Shown: positions 1 through 9,087, counted from the stretch's first letter. The stretch: DNA of 20,000 nt from an uncultured virus (IMG/VR IMGVR_UViG_3300021599_002865) (IMGVR_UViG_3300021599_002865); one strand, 5' to 3'. Translations and numbers: made by a program. The notes: generated by a model from the sequence alone, not told the origin.

Positions 1-316
1 AACCATATCTCTTAATGGCTTCTTCTTCCAAAACGAAGTGCACTCTACTTCCCAAATTCGTGGAATAAGAACCAGCTGCCGCCCATTCCTCGATAAGTTG
101 TTGTTGTTTTTCAGGGTCACCACCAGCTTTATTATACGCAGCTTCCTCGGTGGGAAATGGCTTATAAAAATGTTTCAAGACTTTCGAAACTGATGGCCAA
201 CTTGTCTTACCATCCATTGTGTATATATGTTTTTCTTCTTGGAAAGTAAGACCTAATTCGTCTTGTCTTCGGGAAATTATTTCCCTTAATTCATTGGCTA
301 CGTTACTTAATTTCAT
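1..316 (-). CDS. Partial (5' part; runs off the window start) PD-(D/E)XK-family phage exonuclease, Cas4/lambda-exo-like
   Basis: Not in the ORF track. Manual translation from ATG at 316-314 is open to the window edge: MKLSNVANELREIISRRQDELGLTFQEEKHIYTMDGKTSWPSVSKVLKHFYKPF...EEWAAAGSYSTNLGSRVHFVLEEE. The F-x-E-x-x-H-x-Y...PSVS...W...G(S/T)xVHxxxE pattern is typical of the N-terminus of phage PD-(D/E)XK exonucleases. It overlaps the primase end by 14 nt. The catalytic motif lies outside the window. Confidence 0.75.
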   Translation of the reverse strand, partial: MKLSNVANELREIISRRQDELGLTFQEEKHIYTMDGKTSWPSVSKVLKHFYKPFPTEEAAYNKAGGDPEKQQQLIEEWAAAGSYSTNLGSRVHFVLEEEAIKRYG

Positions 317-1220
317 AATAGAATTCTTCGATGTTACCTTTCAAATCACAAACGTCTTTGTCTTTAGGTAATTTAACAATTTTTATTTTATTATACAAAC
401 GACCTCCATTCAGTTCGTGATACATTTTGAGACCGTCATCCCAAGCATCACCATCGACACATATTGTAATATTTCCATTTGCCCTTGTATAAAGGGTTTC
501 GAAAATGAGTTTACTCATTTTTTTACCAAGCATCACTAACGGGTTTGGAAGAAAGAATGAGTCAAAGGCACCTTCTACGAGGTATATTTCCTTATCCCAA
601 TCAATTAGTTTTTCATTGAATATGATTTCGTCTTTAGGGACTGAAGCAGGATTTTTGTATTTCATCTTTTTATTAACCCATGCTCTACCAACAAAATAAT
701 TCAAGACACCTTCTTTGTCAAAAGACGGTATAATTACTCTATATGCAAAATCTCCTTGAACCGTATATCCAATCTTATATTTTTCAATCATTTCATCTGA
801 TATACCACGAGATTGAAGGTATTTGTAAGCTTCAATATGAGGAATGAATCTAGGATTTGAATCTTTAAATAAAGTGAACCCTTCAGGTAGTCTTAATCTG
901 AGTCTTTTTTTATCCTCCTGTTTGAACTCTTCGGGTTTGATAAGATTGTAAACTTTCTTTTGTTGTTTTGTTGCATGTCCATCGAAAAGTTTACCCAAGG
1001 GTCCGTGTGTTCCGTGAGTTTCACCACAAGCCCAACATTTGTAAACGTGTCGGATATAGTTAATCTCAAGGTTTCCTTTACCGTCTCCTTTATCCAAACC
1101 TTTTTCATCCGCACAGACAGGGCAGTCAAAAGATATTTGCCCCTTTGATTCATAGTGCTGATTAGGTTCACCTAAAAAATCACTAAGGAGTTCAACTAAA
1201 ACCTCTATTTCATCACTCAT
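303..1220 (-). CDS. dnaG: DnaG-like phage DNA primase (Zn finger + Toprim)
   Basis: The N-terminus has a CPVC...CWAC zinc-binding motif. The core shows YLQSRGI...YKIGY...RVIIPSFD...YFVGR...KYKNP, and the Toprim motifs are LVEGAFD and VDGD. At 305 aa it lacks the C-terminal helicase-binding domain, as in phage primases. Confidence 0.9.
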   Translation of the reverse strand: MSDEIEVLVELLSDFLGEPNQHYESKGQISFDCPVCADEKGLDKGDGKGNLEINYIRHVYKCWACGETHGTHGPLGKLFDGHATKQQKKVYNLIKPEEFKQEDKKRLRLRLPEGFTLFKDSNPRFIPHIEAYKYLQSRGISDEMIEKYKIGYTVQGDFAYRVIIPSFDKEGVLNYFVGRAWVNKKMKYKNPASVPKDEIIFNEKLIDWDKEIYLVEGAFDSFFLPNPLVMLGKKMSKLIFETLYTRANGNITICVDGDAWDDGLKMYHELNGGRLYNKIKIVKLPKDKDVCDLKGNIEEFYYEIK

Positions 1221-1378
1221 ATGTCGATATCTTTAGGTGCTTCTGCCACAACGTGTTTTCTCCACCATTTTTTTACCGGATGATTTTCATCAAAATTTTT
1301 TTCTATGAAACCAGCAAAAATGAAGAAAACGACCGTTATAATAAGAAGCGTGACCCAAATGTAAAAAAATATTATCAT
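1217..1378 (-). CDS. Small single-pass membrane protein (53 aa)
   Basis: Below the ORF-track cutoff. It translates as MIIFFYIWVTLLIITVVFFIFAGFIEKNFDENHPVKKWWRKHVVAEAPKDIDI*. It fills the gap exactly, with ATGA overlaps at both ends (1375-1378 and 1217-1220), and has a hydrophobic N-terminus of about 25 aa. Confidence 0.85.
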   Translation of the reverse strand: MIIFFYIWVTLLIITVVFFIFAGFIEKNFDENHPVKKWWRKHVVAEAPKDIDI

Positions 1379-1743
1379 TTCCAAATAATTTTCTTAATCA
1401 AATCATAATAGGGTATTTCAATATCGAAATACTTTAAGTAAGTTTTAACATCAAAAAAAATGTTTCGTCTTATGAATCGATTGACTTTAATTTTTGAAAC
1501 TCTTCCCCCATTTGGAAAAACGTCAGTCATGACTGAAGAACTATACCAATCTTTTTTCCTATTATAGTGAACGAAAATTTGCCCTTCGAATATTATATCT
1601 ACTTCTTCGAGGTGAGAGTATGAACGGTAGTTTTTGATTGTAAAAGTTCCTTTGAGTTGTGAGTTGGATATGGGTATCTTGTTACCAAATTTTTTTACAA
1701 CTTTGGAAATTGACTTTGTGTGTGGTGTTCTCAACATGTGCAT
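1375..1743 (-). CDS. Hypothetical basic protein (122 aa; alternative start at 1737)
   Basis: Open frame in the same orientation as its neighbours, with its stop overlapping the next ATG and a consensus promoter immediately upstream. No family recognised. Confidence 0.75.
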   Translation of the reverse strand: MHMLRTPHTKSISKVVKKFGNKIPISNSQLKGTFTIKNYRSYSHLEEVDIIFEGQIFVHYNRKKDWYSSSVMTDVFPNGGRVSKIKVNRFIRRNIFFDVKTYLKYFDIEIPYYDLIKKIIWK

Positions 1744-1747
1744 ACCA

Positions 1748-1779
1748 CAAAGATATGCTTTGTTCTTTAAATCACCAAA
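1748..1779 (-). promoter_or_regulatory. Bacteroidota-type sigmaA promoter (-33 TTTG / -7 TAnnTTTG)
   Basis: The minus strand reads TTTG (1779-1776), a 20-nt spacer, TATCTTTG (1755-1748), then TGGT and ATG. This matches the Bacteroidota consensus TTTG-N19-21-TAnnTTTG exactly. Confidence 0.7.
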
Positions 1780-2374
1780 TTTCTTTCATCTTCATGTAAC
1801 CTAGTGCTGCACAGTAAGCGTCTGTTTGGTCGAAGTTTTCTTTTTTAAGGGTGTTGTTTTTTGTGTATAACCAAGTAATTTGTGGTTCTCTTTTCGCAAT
1901 CAACTCCCATATGATAACTTTTTTATCTATGTCTTTAGGAAAACCCCCGAACAATACAAATTTACCTTTATCATTTTTCTGAACTAAGTGTGGGAATGCA
2001 AATTTTCTTGAGTTGTAAGTAGACATAAATTCAGGAACTACTCCTAAGATATCATACACTTCTTTACAAATCAAAGTGTTGAACCTCATAAGAGTTCCAA
2101 CCGTATACACGTTGTTTGAATTAAGTAGTGGTTCCTCGATAATGACATTTTGGATTCCTAATCCTACATATTCAGAAAGTTTGTTCCTAAAAATGCCCGA
2201 TTTGAGAATGAGTTCCTCGATTTTATTTTCACTTTTTGGTTTTGGGACCGGTGAAATATGTGTAAGTTCTAATAAATTTTTTGATTCAATATCAAACAAA
2301 GCCCATCCAATAGTTTTGGTGGACACATCCAATCCTAAAATCTTAGGGGAGTCTTTAACAATATTTTTAGCCAT
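1772..2374 (-). CDS. ruvC: RuvC-like Holliday junction resolvase
   Basis: RNase H-fold motifs are present: ILGLDVSTKTIGWA (first Asp), VIIEEP (Glu) and the C-terminal helix FDQTDAYCAA (DxxD). Length is 200 aa. Confidence 0.8.
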   Translation of the reverse strand: MAKNIVKDSPKILGLDVSTKTIGWALFDIESKNLLELTHISPVPKPKSENKIEELILKSGIFRNKLSEYVGLGIQNVIIEEPLLNSNNVYTVGTLMRFNTLICKEVYDILGVVPEFMSTYNSRKFAFPHLVQKNDKGKFVLFGGFPKDIDKKVIIWELIAKREPQITWLYTKNNTLKKENFDQTDAYCAALGYMKMKEIW

Positions 2375-2375
2375 A

Positions 2376-4619
2376 TTAAAAATCTAATTTCACTACGTAT
2401 TGTTGAATACCTTGTCTCAATTCGGGAGACTGTAGCTTAGATATAACAATAAGGTCTTTATTGGAATCGTAAAGACCAATTTCGGTAACATATGAAGTAG
2501 TTCCACTTGTCCATGTTGGGTTAGAAGTGTTAGTGAATTGATTTCTTCCCAAATTTATCAAGTATCTCATCTCATATATTGTTGCCGAAATATCTGTTGT
2601 GAAATTACCATAGAAGTAATACTCATCACCAAAATTCAAATAATCTGTTTGATTGTTTGTTGGAATGTCTATGTAAGAGGCGAGGTTATATATATCACTG
2701 TTTGTAACTGCACTTTGATACGTTGCCAAATCTATTTGGAATGTTGTGCCTGTCAATCCTGACATTGTAATATATCCATTAACCGATGAACCAGATATTT
2801 GGTCTGTAACATCAATGTATTTCCAATCAGTTGGACTTGGTCTAGTGTCACCTGAAACCATTTGACAAAGAATCATCAATGAGTTTGCACAATATCCTGT
2901 CAGATTAATAGCCGTAGAAGAAGGTGAAGGTTGATTCAAAAATTGAAACTCTGGTCCGAATCTGACAGCAACATTTTGACTTGTGTCTGTGCAACCTGTT
3001 GAAGGTCCAACAATTTTCGAATAATAATTACAGTGTAATGAATCAGTAAATCCTGTATTGTTGAATCTATAGGTTACCCAAAGTGTTTGTGTATCAGCAG
3101 TAAGTAAACCTGTGGCGGTTGAGTTGTTCGTGAAACAAGTATTAGGTGCCAAATAAGAAAGTTTAGGTGCTGATAGAGTCCAGTTTCTATTAGCCTTATA
3201 AGACATAGCCGCTATTACCTCCTCATCGTCAATTACAATGGTCTGTGAATCAGGGAAAACCTTGCCAATTCTATTCAAATTACCATTACTATCAGGATTT
3301 GTATCCCAAAGATGATAATAACGAATACCAGGGTCGTTCATATCAATGTTTTTGGTTGATTTGATATAGTATGGTTTACATAAATCATAACCTGGTGGGT
3401 CGATAAAGAATGTTTGACCAATTGTGTTTCCTGTCGACTTATGCCACATCAAAGTAGGTATTGTAACCTTAAGGTGTCTCGCTAAACCTGTTTGATTCGA
3501 AGGGTTCTGTGGGTCATAAGGAATAGTTGAAAACTTCTCGCCATAAACATGGTCAATATCTTGATTAGTGTAGTGTATGATTGCAATTGCTTTTTGGTCT
3601 TGGGGTCTAACAACTACTTTCTCATCAAACGAATTGTAATAAAAAACTTGACTTGTATCGGTTTGACCTGAAGGCTCTTGATATCCCAAATATTCTTTAG
3701 TCCCGATGTAAGTTACTGAACCGTATTTTGTATAATCTTCATAAGCGTTACTGAAAAGACCAGCAGGACTTTCTGACCAAGGAATATTCATGTTCCAAAT
3801 TAAAGTATTTTCACGGTTTGAAACATCACATGGTGATTCAAAATTAATAGTGTCAGTCTGCCAATAAGGTGCTGGTGTTATGAAATCATAAAGAACAGTC
3901 ATACCTGAAGGATATATCAGAACTCTTGCATATTCTCCTGATAATGAAAAAGAACTTAAATCTGGAACACTTCTATCTAAGGTAAGTGTCCATGGAGTTG
4001 TTCCAGAGGTTCCTGTTGAAGGGCTTATGTTTTGAATTTTATATGTGAAAACAGGATAGTTACCTACAAAACCTGTAAGTCCTACTCCGAGTATTAATGT
4101 AACAAAATCACCTATTGAGGGTGTTCCTGATGATGGCTCGAGTGTAAGTGGGTTTGTATCTAATTCGATGTCTATCGTTGTTTGACCTGTGAGCGTATCT
4201 TGTGCAACCCAATAGTTAGAAGTTATTGTATATGCAGATGAAGTTTGTGCCGTCCAACTACCTTGAGTTCCTCCCGTCATGAAAAATCCTTTTTCACCAG
4301 CAGAATTATAAACTTCTTGAAATGTAGAATCCATGTAAGGTATTCCGTATGTGTTACCGATACCACCCTGAACATAGTAAGGATATTTCACATTTTCTTT
4401 GTTGGACTGAGGGGAACCTGTGTCATTTTGAGCATTGAAATCAGGCATCAAAATGTTATTATTAGTTTGATTATAGTTAGGAACGGCCTGATAATTAACT
4501 TCACTATCCCCTATTTGGAAATAAGAAATGTTGAAATTCCCTTGTGATATCTTTCTACGACCAACGTCAGTTAATCTTGTGTTAATTAGACCCGAAGTAT
4601 TTTTAATTATATAAGCCAT
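2376..4619 (-). CDS. Putative virion structural protein (tail-collar/baseplate-like), 747 aa
   Basis: The N-terminal RLTDVGRRKISQG...FQIGDSE and C-terminal YVTEIGLYDSNKDLIVISKL...VKLDF resemble the two ends of the phage tail-collar fibre (DUF3751-like) domain. The interior is rich in T/S/G/N and looks beta-type. Confidence 0.6.
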   Translation of the reverse strand: MAYIIKNTSGLINTRLTDVGRRKISQGNFNISYFQIGDSEVNYQAVPNYNQTNNNILMPDFNAQNDTGSPQSNKENVKYPYYVQGGIGNTYGIPYMDSTFQEVYNSAGEKGFFMTGGTQGSWTAQTSSAYTITSNYWVAQDTLTGQTTIDIELDTNPLTLEPSSGTPSIGDFVTLILGVGLTGFVGNYPVFTYKIQNISPSTGTSGTTPWTLTLDRSVPDLSSFSLSGEYARVLIYPSGMTVLYDFITPAPYWQTDTINFESPCDVSNRENTLIWNMNIPWSESPAGLFSNAYEDYTKYGSVTYIGTKEYLGYQEPSGQTDTSQVFYYNSFDEKVVVRPQDQKAIAIIHYTNQDIDHVYGEKFSTIPYDPQNPSNQTGLARHLKVTIPTLMWHKSTGNTIGQTFFIDPPGYDLCKPYYIKSTKNIDMNDPGIRYYHLWDTNPDSNGNLNRIGKVFPDSQTIVIDDEEVIAAMSYKANRNWTLSAPKLSYLAPNTCFTNNSTATGLLTADTQTLWVTYRFNNTGFTDSLHCNYYSKIVGPSTGCTDTSQNVAVRFGPEFQFLNQPSPSSTAINLTGYCANSLMILCQMVSGDTRPSPTDWKYIDVTDQISGSSVNGYITMSGLTGTTFQIDLATYQSAVTNSDIYNLASYIDIPTNNQTDYLNFGDEYYFYGNFTTDISATIYEMRYLINLGRNQFTNTSNPTWTSGTTSYVTEIGLYDSNKDLIVISKLQSPELRQGIQQYVVKLDF

Positions 4620-4624
4620 TACGA

Positions 4625-4631
4625 ATAAATA
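4625..4631 (-). promoter_or_regulatory. TATTTAT motif, putative phage late promoter element
   Basis: It lies 5 nt upstream of the ATG at 4619. The same motif recurs upstream of the starts at 13389 and 13499, with the variant TAATTAT upstream of 7499. Confidence 0.45.
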
Positions 4632-4649
4632 TTTGTCATCCTTTTTTTA

Positions 4650-7499
4650 TTAATCCTGTGCACATTTACAGCTCGCGTTTGAACATTGTTTTGATGAACA
4701 AGAGATAAGAGAATTATCTACGCTGTCAATACAATAAGCAACTATTGTTGGGTCAGGTCCTGGACTTCCTGAAACGTTGTCTATCATATTACCCGAAGAA
4801 TTTCCACTTGTTATTGTTACGGTTTTATAAAATACCCCATAGTTACTCGTCTCAATCTGAATCGAAAAACTAGTATCAATTGTCACAATGTTTTGCGTAG
4901 TAATTACTATGTCCACTGCGGGTTCACCCAAATTAGTAGTTGGTGTCACAATCAAACTTGTCACAGGATTACAAACAATACTTCCACCATCACTATTATA
5001 AACCATCTTGAACACATCACCTGCAACAAGATTAATCGGGTTATACATAACAACACTAACACTTTCATTTATTCCCGCAGAACAGAATCCGTTGAAAATA
5101 CCCGAGCCAACTTCAACGTCATTCAGCATTGCTTTAACCTCAACATAATAATTGTCGCTTGTTGGTGTTTGGAAGTTTGCCTGCATGTATTGAACATTAT
5201 TATTTGGGGATATACCACACGGATATGTGGATAGTCCTGAATCAATTGTAAGAACACCACCAGTAGGGCTATATCTGAAATTTTGGAAACAACCCACCTT
5301 ATTTGGTCCTGAACAAATTAATCCTCCAACTAATTGATTCATGTTGAGATAAATGTTACCACTTTGAATAACACCTTGACATGTTACACATTCAGGTGTA
5401 TCAACCTGACCTTGATAGGTGATTGAGTTGTTATTCACCTGTGTTTTTTCTGTATCACCTACCGCTGAACAACAAGTGCATCCTTTGATGACTACATCAG
5501 AAACTTGAAAAGAAATTGTCTGTTGTAGATTAGTTGTGCAGTTGGACTGAGCTCCAACTTGACCATCGGTTATTGTTAATATCGAAGTAGTAGAACCTGA
5601 AACAGTGCTAAAATTTGAGAGTTCCAACGAATATTGGTCAGTCTCAGTATCAATTCTTTGTGTCTCGGGATTACAGTTTGGTCTACTTCCAATAACAGTA
5701 TCTATGTCTGTGGAGAAAGGTGTCTTTGTTGAACCATTTTGTAGAATAGTAAAGTTGTCTACACAAGTTCCTGTTCCTGGTCCATTGAATGTCTTGATAG
5801 ATGATGTTGTCAAATTGAAATTAACCACAACTCCATTAGGTATAGGCGGAACCGAAGTAACATAAAAATATGTTGTTTTCGTTGAAATATTATTTGAAGA
5901 TACCTCAGTGTTTAATTGTGGTTGTGTTATAATATTAATTTGATATGTTTGTGGACTTCCCACTGAACTTATTTGAACCGATTGATTAACTATATTATTC
6001 GCGGCATCTATAACTCTAATATTGTATGTGTTCGGGCAAAGATTTGTAAAAATATTTGAGGTTTGATATGATACCCCGTTATTAATCGAATATTGATATG
6101 GTGCTAATCCAAATCTCGCACTAACCGTTATTGAACCATCACAGTTCGTTTGGTTGTTGCAAGACGCATCTTGTTTTGTTGTTGTCACTTGAAGTGGTAT
6201 TATTGTAGGACAAGAACCTAAAGTTACATTTATAGTATAAGTTTGTGTTCCACCAAGTAAACTCCAACCACCTAAAGGTGGTAATGAAGTGGTTGAGGAC
6301 GCAAAAATACCTCCCCCCACAGGGTTTATTGGTGTTATCAAATCTGAACCAACAAGTTCCCATCTTGTTCCTTTCCACACAATGTTCTGTGAATTACTAC
6401 TTGTCCATCTTGGTTTACCATTAGACGTTCCATTTTGACTGAACGTTGTTGGTCCTACAACGTTAGAATTGTTGTATGCCAAGAAACAAATGTTGGCGTA
6501 AACTGGTGGAGGTGTTGTGGATGGCGTTACAGTTGGGGATGGAGTTGGACTTGCTGTCGGTAAAAGTATGGAGCAAACTGTGTTTGCAGTATAGTCACCG
6601 TAATAATCAACAACGGTAACAGGATAATAACCAGGTCCTATGTTAGTTAAAGTTCTTGTTCTTTGACCATTTGCCCAATAAATTGAATACGGACTTGTTC
6701 CTCCTGTGATGTTCAAAGTGAGAATCCCATCATATGATTCTGAGTTTGAAGGCATTTTGAGAAGATTACAATTCACACCCAAATCGAAAAGGGTAAACGG
6801 TTCACAATTGTTTTTCGGACGATAAACTGGTGTTGGGTTAGGTGTTGGTGTTTGACTTGGTGTTACATTTGGTGTCAGACTTGGCGTTTGAGTAGGGGTC
6901 GGTGTAGTTGTGAGAGTAGTTGTTGGTGAGGCTGTTTGTGTTGGTGTTGGGGTCAGGCACGCTGTGGTTGCAGGCTCGTTCAATAAAACTACACCACTAT
7001 AAACTTGAGTATAATCTAACGAAACAAGGACTTCAAAACTTTCACCTTTTTGGAAATTACCACAACAATCTGTATACCAAAATATTCCAGTTGTATAAGC
7101 ACTTCCACACACTATTGGGGTGGATGATGGGGTCTGCGTTGGTGTAGGGGTATTAGTGGGAGTTTTGGTAGGGGTCGGTGTTTGGGTTGGAGTTTTAGTT
7201 TGCGTAATAGTTTGTGTTGGTGTTGGTGGTGGGGTTTGAGATTGGGTTGGCGGGGGGGTTTGAGTCGGTGTTTGTGTAGGGGTTTGGCTCGAAGAAGGAA
7301 TAGGGGGCGTGGGACAAGCACCGAGAACTGTGAGTATTATGAACTCACCTGGAGCTTGACCTGGCACAGTATAGGAACAAACAGTTATTGTGCCGCTCGG
7401 TGGAATTGTAGGAATAGGATTCAATTCACAGTCAAACCCTATAGGAGTTGCAGGTAAAATTGCGGACCCATTTGTTATTTGATAGTTAATACAAGCCAT
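4650..7499 (-). CDS. Cys-rich modular putative virion protein with Pro/Thr linkers and two SprB-like repeats, 949 aa
   Basis: TPTQTP tracts lie at about 7118-7295, 6830-6955 and 6505-6560. The SprB-like repeats are DGILTLNITGGTSPYSIYWANG...PGYYPVTVVD and DGSITVSARFGLAPYQYSINNG...FTNLCPNTYNIRVID. There is no signal peptide. Confidence 0.7.
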   Translation of the reverse strand: MACINYQITNGSAILPATPIGFDCELNPIPTIPPSGTITVCSYTVPGQAPGEFIILTVLGACPTPPIPSSSQTPTQTPTQTPPPTQSQTPPPTPTQTITQTKTPTQTPTPTKTPTNTPTPTQTPSSTPIVCGSAYTTGIFWYTDCCGNFQKGESFEVLVSLDYTQVYSGVVLLNEPATTACLTPTPTQTASPTTTLTTTPTPTQTPSLTPNVTPSQTPTPNPTPVYRPKNNCEPFTLFDLGVNCNLLKMPSNSESYDGILTLNITGGTSPYSIYWANGQRTRTLTNIGPGYYPVTVVDYYGDYTANTVCSILLPTASPTPSPTVTPSTTPPPVYANICFLAYNNSNVVGPTTFSQNGTSNGKPRWTSSNSQNIVWKGTRWELVGSDLITPINPVGGGIFASSTTSLPPLGGWSLLGGTQTYTINVTLGSCPTIIPLQVTTTKQDASCNNQTNCDGSITVSARFGLAPYQYSINNGVSYQTSNIFTNLCPNTYNIRVIDAANNIVNQSVQISSVGSPQTYQINIITQPQLNTEVSSNNISTKTTYFYVTSVPPIPNGVVVNFNLTTSSIKTFNGPGTGTCVDNFTILQNGSTKTPFSTDIDTVIGSRPNCNPETQRIDTETDQYSLELSNFSTVSGSTTSILTITDGQVGAQSNCTTNLQQTISFQVSDVVIKGCTCCSAVGDTEKTQVNNNSITYQGQVDTPECVTCQGVIQSGNIYLNMNQLVGGLICSGPNKVGCFQNFRYSPTGGVLTIDSGLSTYPCGISPNNNVQYMQANFQTPTSDNYYVEVKAMLNDVEVGSGIFNGFCSAGINESVSVVMYNPINLVAGDVFKMVYNSDGGSIVCNPVTSLIVTPTTNLGEPAVDIVITTQNIVTIDTSFSIQIETSNYGVFYKTVTITSGNSSGNMIDNVSGSPGPDPTIVAYCIDSVDNSLISCSSKQCSNASCKCAQD

Positions 7500-7530
7500 T
7501 AATTTATAATTATCTTTTCCATTTTTTTAT

Positions 7531-8871
7531 TTATGAACATCCACCACAATCTACGCTATCAGTGCAAATAGTTACACTACTACAAGGTTGAATTGATGTA
7601 ACCCCACCTGAAAAATCACCCGACCCAGCTCGGATGCACCTTTCGACTTTTGAACCTGCAGAAAGTGGTTCACCAACTACTGAACCATCACATAAAGTAT
7701 ATTGTATTGTTGAACCCACAACATCTTGATTTTCAAAGTAATAACACAAACATGGACAAACATAAGTTCCACAAGAGCTTATATCATCGAAATTAGTTAT
7801 TGCCACTACAACACCATTTAAGATTTCCATAACATAAAGTGGTGGTGACGATATATCAGGATTTGCTGGATACGTAGATGGTCCGTATACATATTTTCCT
7901 GTAAGAGTTGTGTTTACAAAAAATATTCCAAAAAGATTATAATATAATTGACTGCCAGGTCCTAAAGTAGTTGAAGAATTGTAATAATACCCTGCGTTTC
8001 CATCTACCTCAACTAATGGGTCGAAAGCTTCTATAAAATCACATTTCACTTCTTCTTTTGTTTTTGATGTCCAATTTATTTCTGACCCACATATAGTTGC
8101 CCCATATGATAAAAGAAACTCAACAAATGAAGGTGTAACCGTTGGCGTTTGTGAAGGGGTTTCTGTTTGGGTAGGAGTTTGAGGAGGTGTTTCAGATTGG
8201 GTAGGAGTTTGGGTTTGGGATGGAGTTTGAGTTTGTGTTGGTGTCGATGGAACACAAAGTGAAAAAGATACTATTTTACCTTGGGAATCAATTACCACTT
8301 GATATAATGTTCCTCCGAAAGAAATGATATATGTGTTCCCACCCCCATTCAAAGGGTTATATAATACCCCGTTTAGAAGTGTTTGGTAAATTGTGGCACC
8401 TACAACAGGGACTAAATTTGCCTCTGAAATGTATGTATAATAACCTGTTAGATTGAGTGGTGATGAACAACTATCAGCTGTCGGGTGAAAAACAACAAGA
8501 GGTGTTGCGGTTGGTGTTGATGATATAGTTGCTGTATTCGAGGTAGTGGGTGAATTTGTTGGTGTCATGGATGGCGTTTGGGTTGGTGACAAGGTAGGTG
8601 AATACGACGGGGTTGGTGTCATGGTTGGGGTTTTAGTGACATTTGGTGTTGGTGTGGGAGTTATATCTATAGGAATCTCATCAATACAACCTTGGGTATC
8701 TTCAATTTTAATAACAATTGTTGATTCACTATATGGTGATGGGACATAGAATGAGAATGGAAATGTTGCAACCGACGCAACAAATTGACAGTCGCCACCA
8801 CCCGAGTTACAATAATATATGTCAACTGGTGTATTTGCAGTTACAGATTGGATAGTTACAAATTGACTCAT
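7531..8871 (-). CDS. Cys-rich modular putative virion protein with Pro/Thr linkers, about 446 aa
   Basis: The ORF track starts at 8901, but the ATG at 8871 (MSQFVTIQ) forms an ATGA overlap with the upstream stop and aligns with the N-terminus of the 72-aa paralogue. PT tracts lie at about 8500-8665 and 8140-8250. Confidence 0.75.
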   Translation of the reverse strand: MSQFVTIQSVTANTPVDIYYCNSGGGDCQFVASVATFPFSFYVPSPYSESTIVIKIEDTQGCIDEIPIDITPTPTPNVTKTPTMTPTPSYSPTLSPTQTPSMTPTNSPTTSNTATISSTPTATPLVVFHPTADSCSSPLNLTGYYTYISEANLVPVVGATIYQTLLNGVLYNPLNGGGNTYIISFGGTLYQVVIDSQGKIVSFSLCVPSTPTQTQTPSQTQTPTQSETPPQTPTQTETPSQTPTVTPSFVEFLLSYGATICGSEINWTSKTKEEVKCDFIEAFDPLVEVDGNAGYYYNSSTTLGPGSQLYYNLFGIFFVNTTLTGKYVYGPSTYPANPDISSPPLYVMEILNGVVVAITNFDDISSCGTYVCPCLCYYFENQDVVGSTIQYTLCDGSVVGEPLSAGSKVERCIRAGSGDFSGGVTSIQPCSSVTICTDSVDCGGCS

Positions 8872-9086
8872 GCTACATAAGTTACTCCTGAGATTATGCA
8901 ATTCTGCGAATCAATTACTTTCAACATGTAAGCCAGTCCAGTATCATATGGTTGTGGTATATCAAAATCATATGGAAGAGTTGTTATAGTATTAATATAA
9001 AAGCAACCACTACCGTTTGGTTGACAGATATAAATGTCAAATGGTGATTGTCCTGTTATACCATTTATTGTAACTTGAACTGCCAT
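8868..9086 (-). CDS. Small 72-aa beta-rich module protein, paralogous to the N-terminal domain of the downstream gene
   Basis: VTINGITGQSPFDIYICQPNGSGC...LPYDFDIPQPY...LKVIDSQNCI aligns with VTIQSVTANTPVDIYYCNSGGGDC...FPFSFYVPSPY...IKIEDTQGCI. It is coupled at both ends (TAAgATG and ATGA). Confidence 0.85.
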   Translation of the reverse strand: MAVQVTINGITGQSPFDIYICQPNGSGCFYINTITTLPYDFDIPQPYDTGLAYMLKVIDSQNCIISGVTYVA

Positions 9087-9087
9087 C

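Noticed and set aside
505..7457. Other short nested ORFs (505, 893, 960, 2076, 2538, 4245, 4893, 5605, 6139, 6920, 7112, 7182)
   Set aside because: They lie inside or largely overlap well-supported genes and have no motifs or start context.
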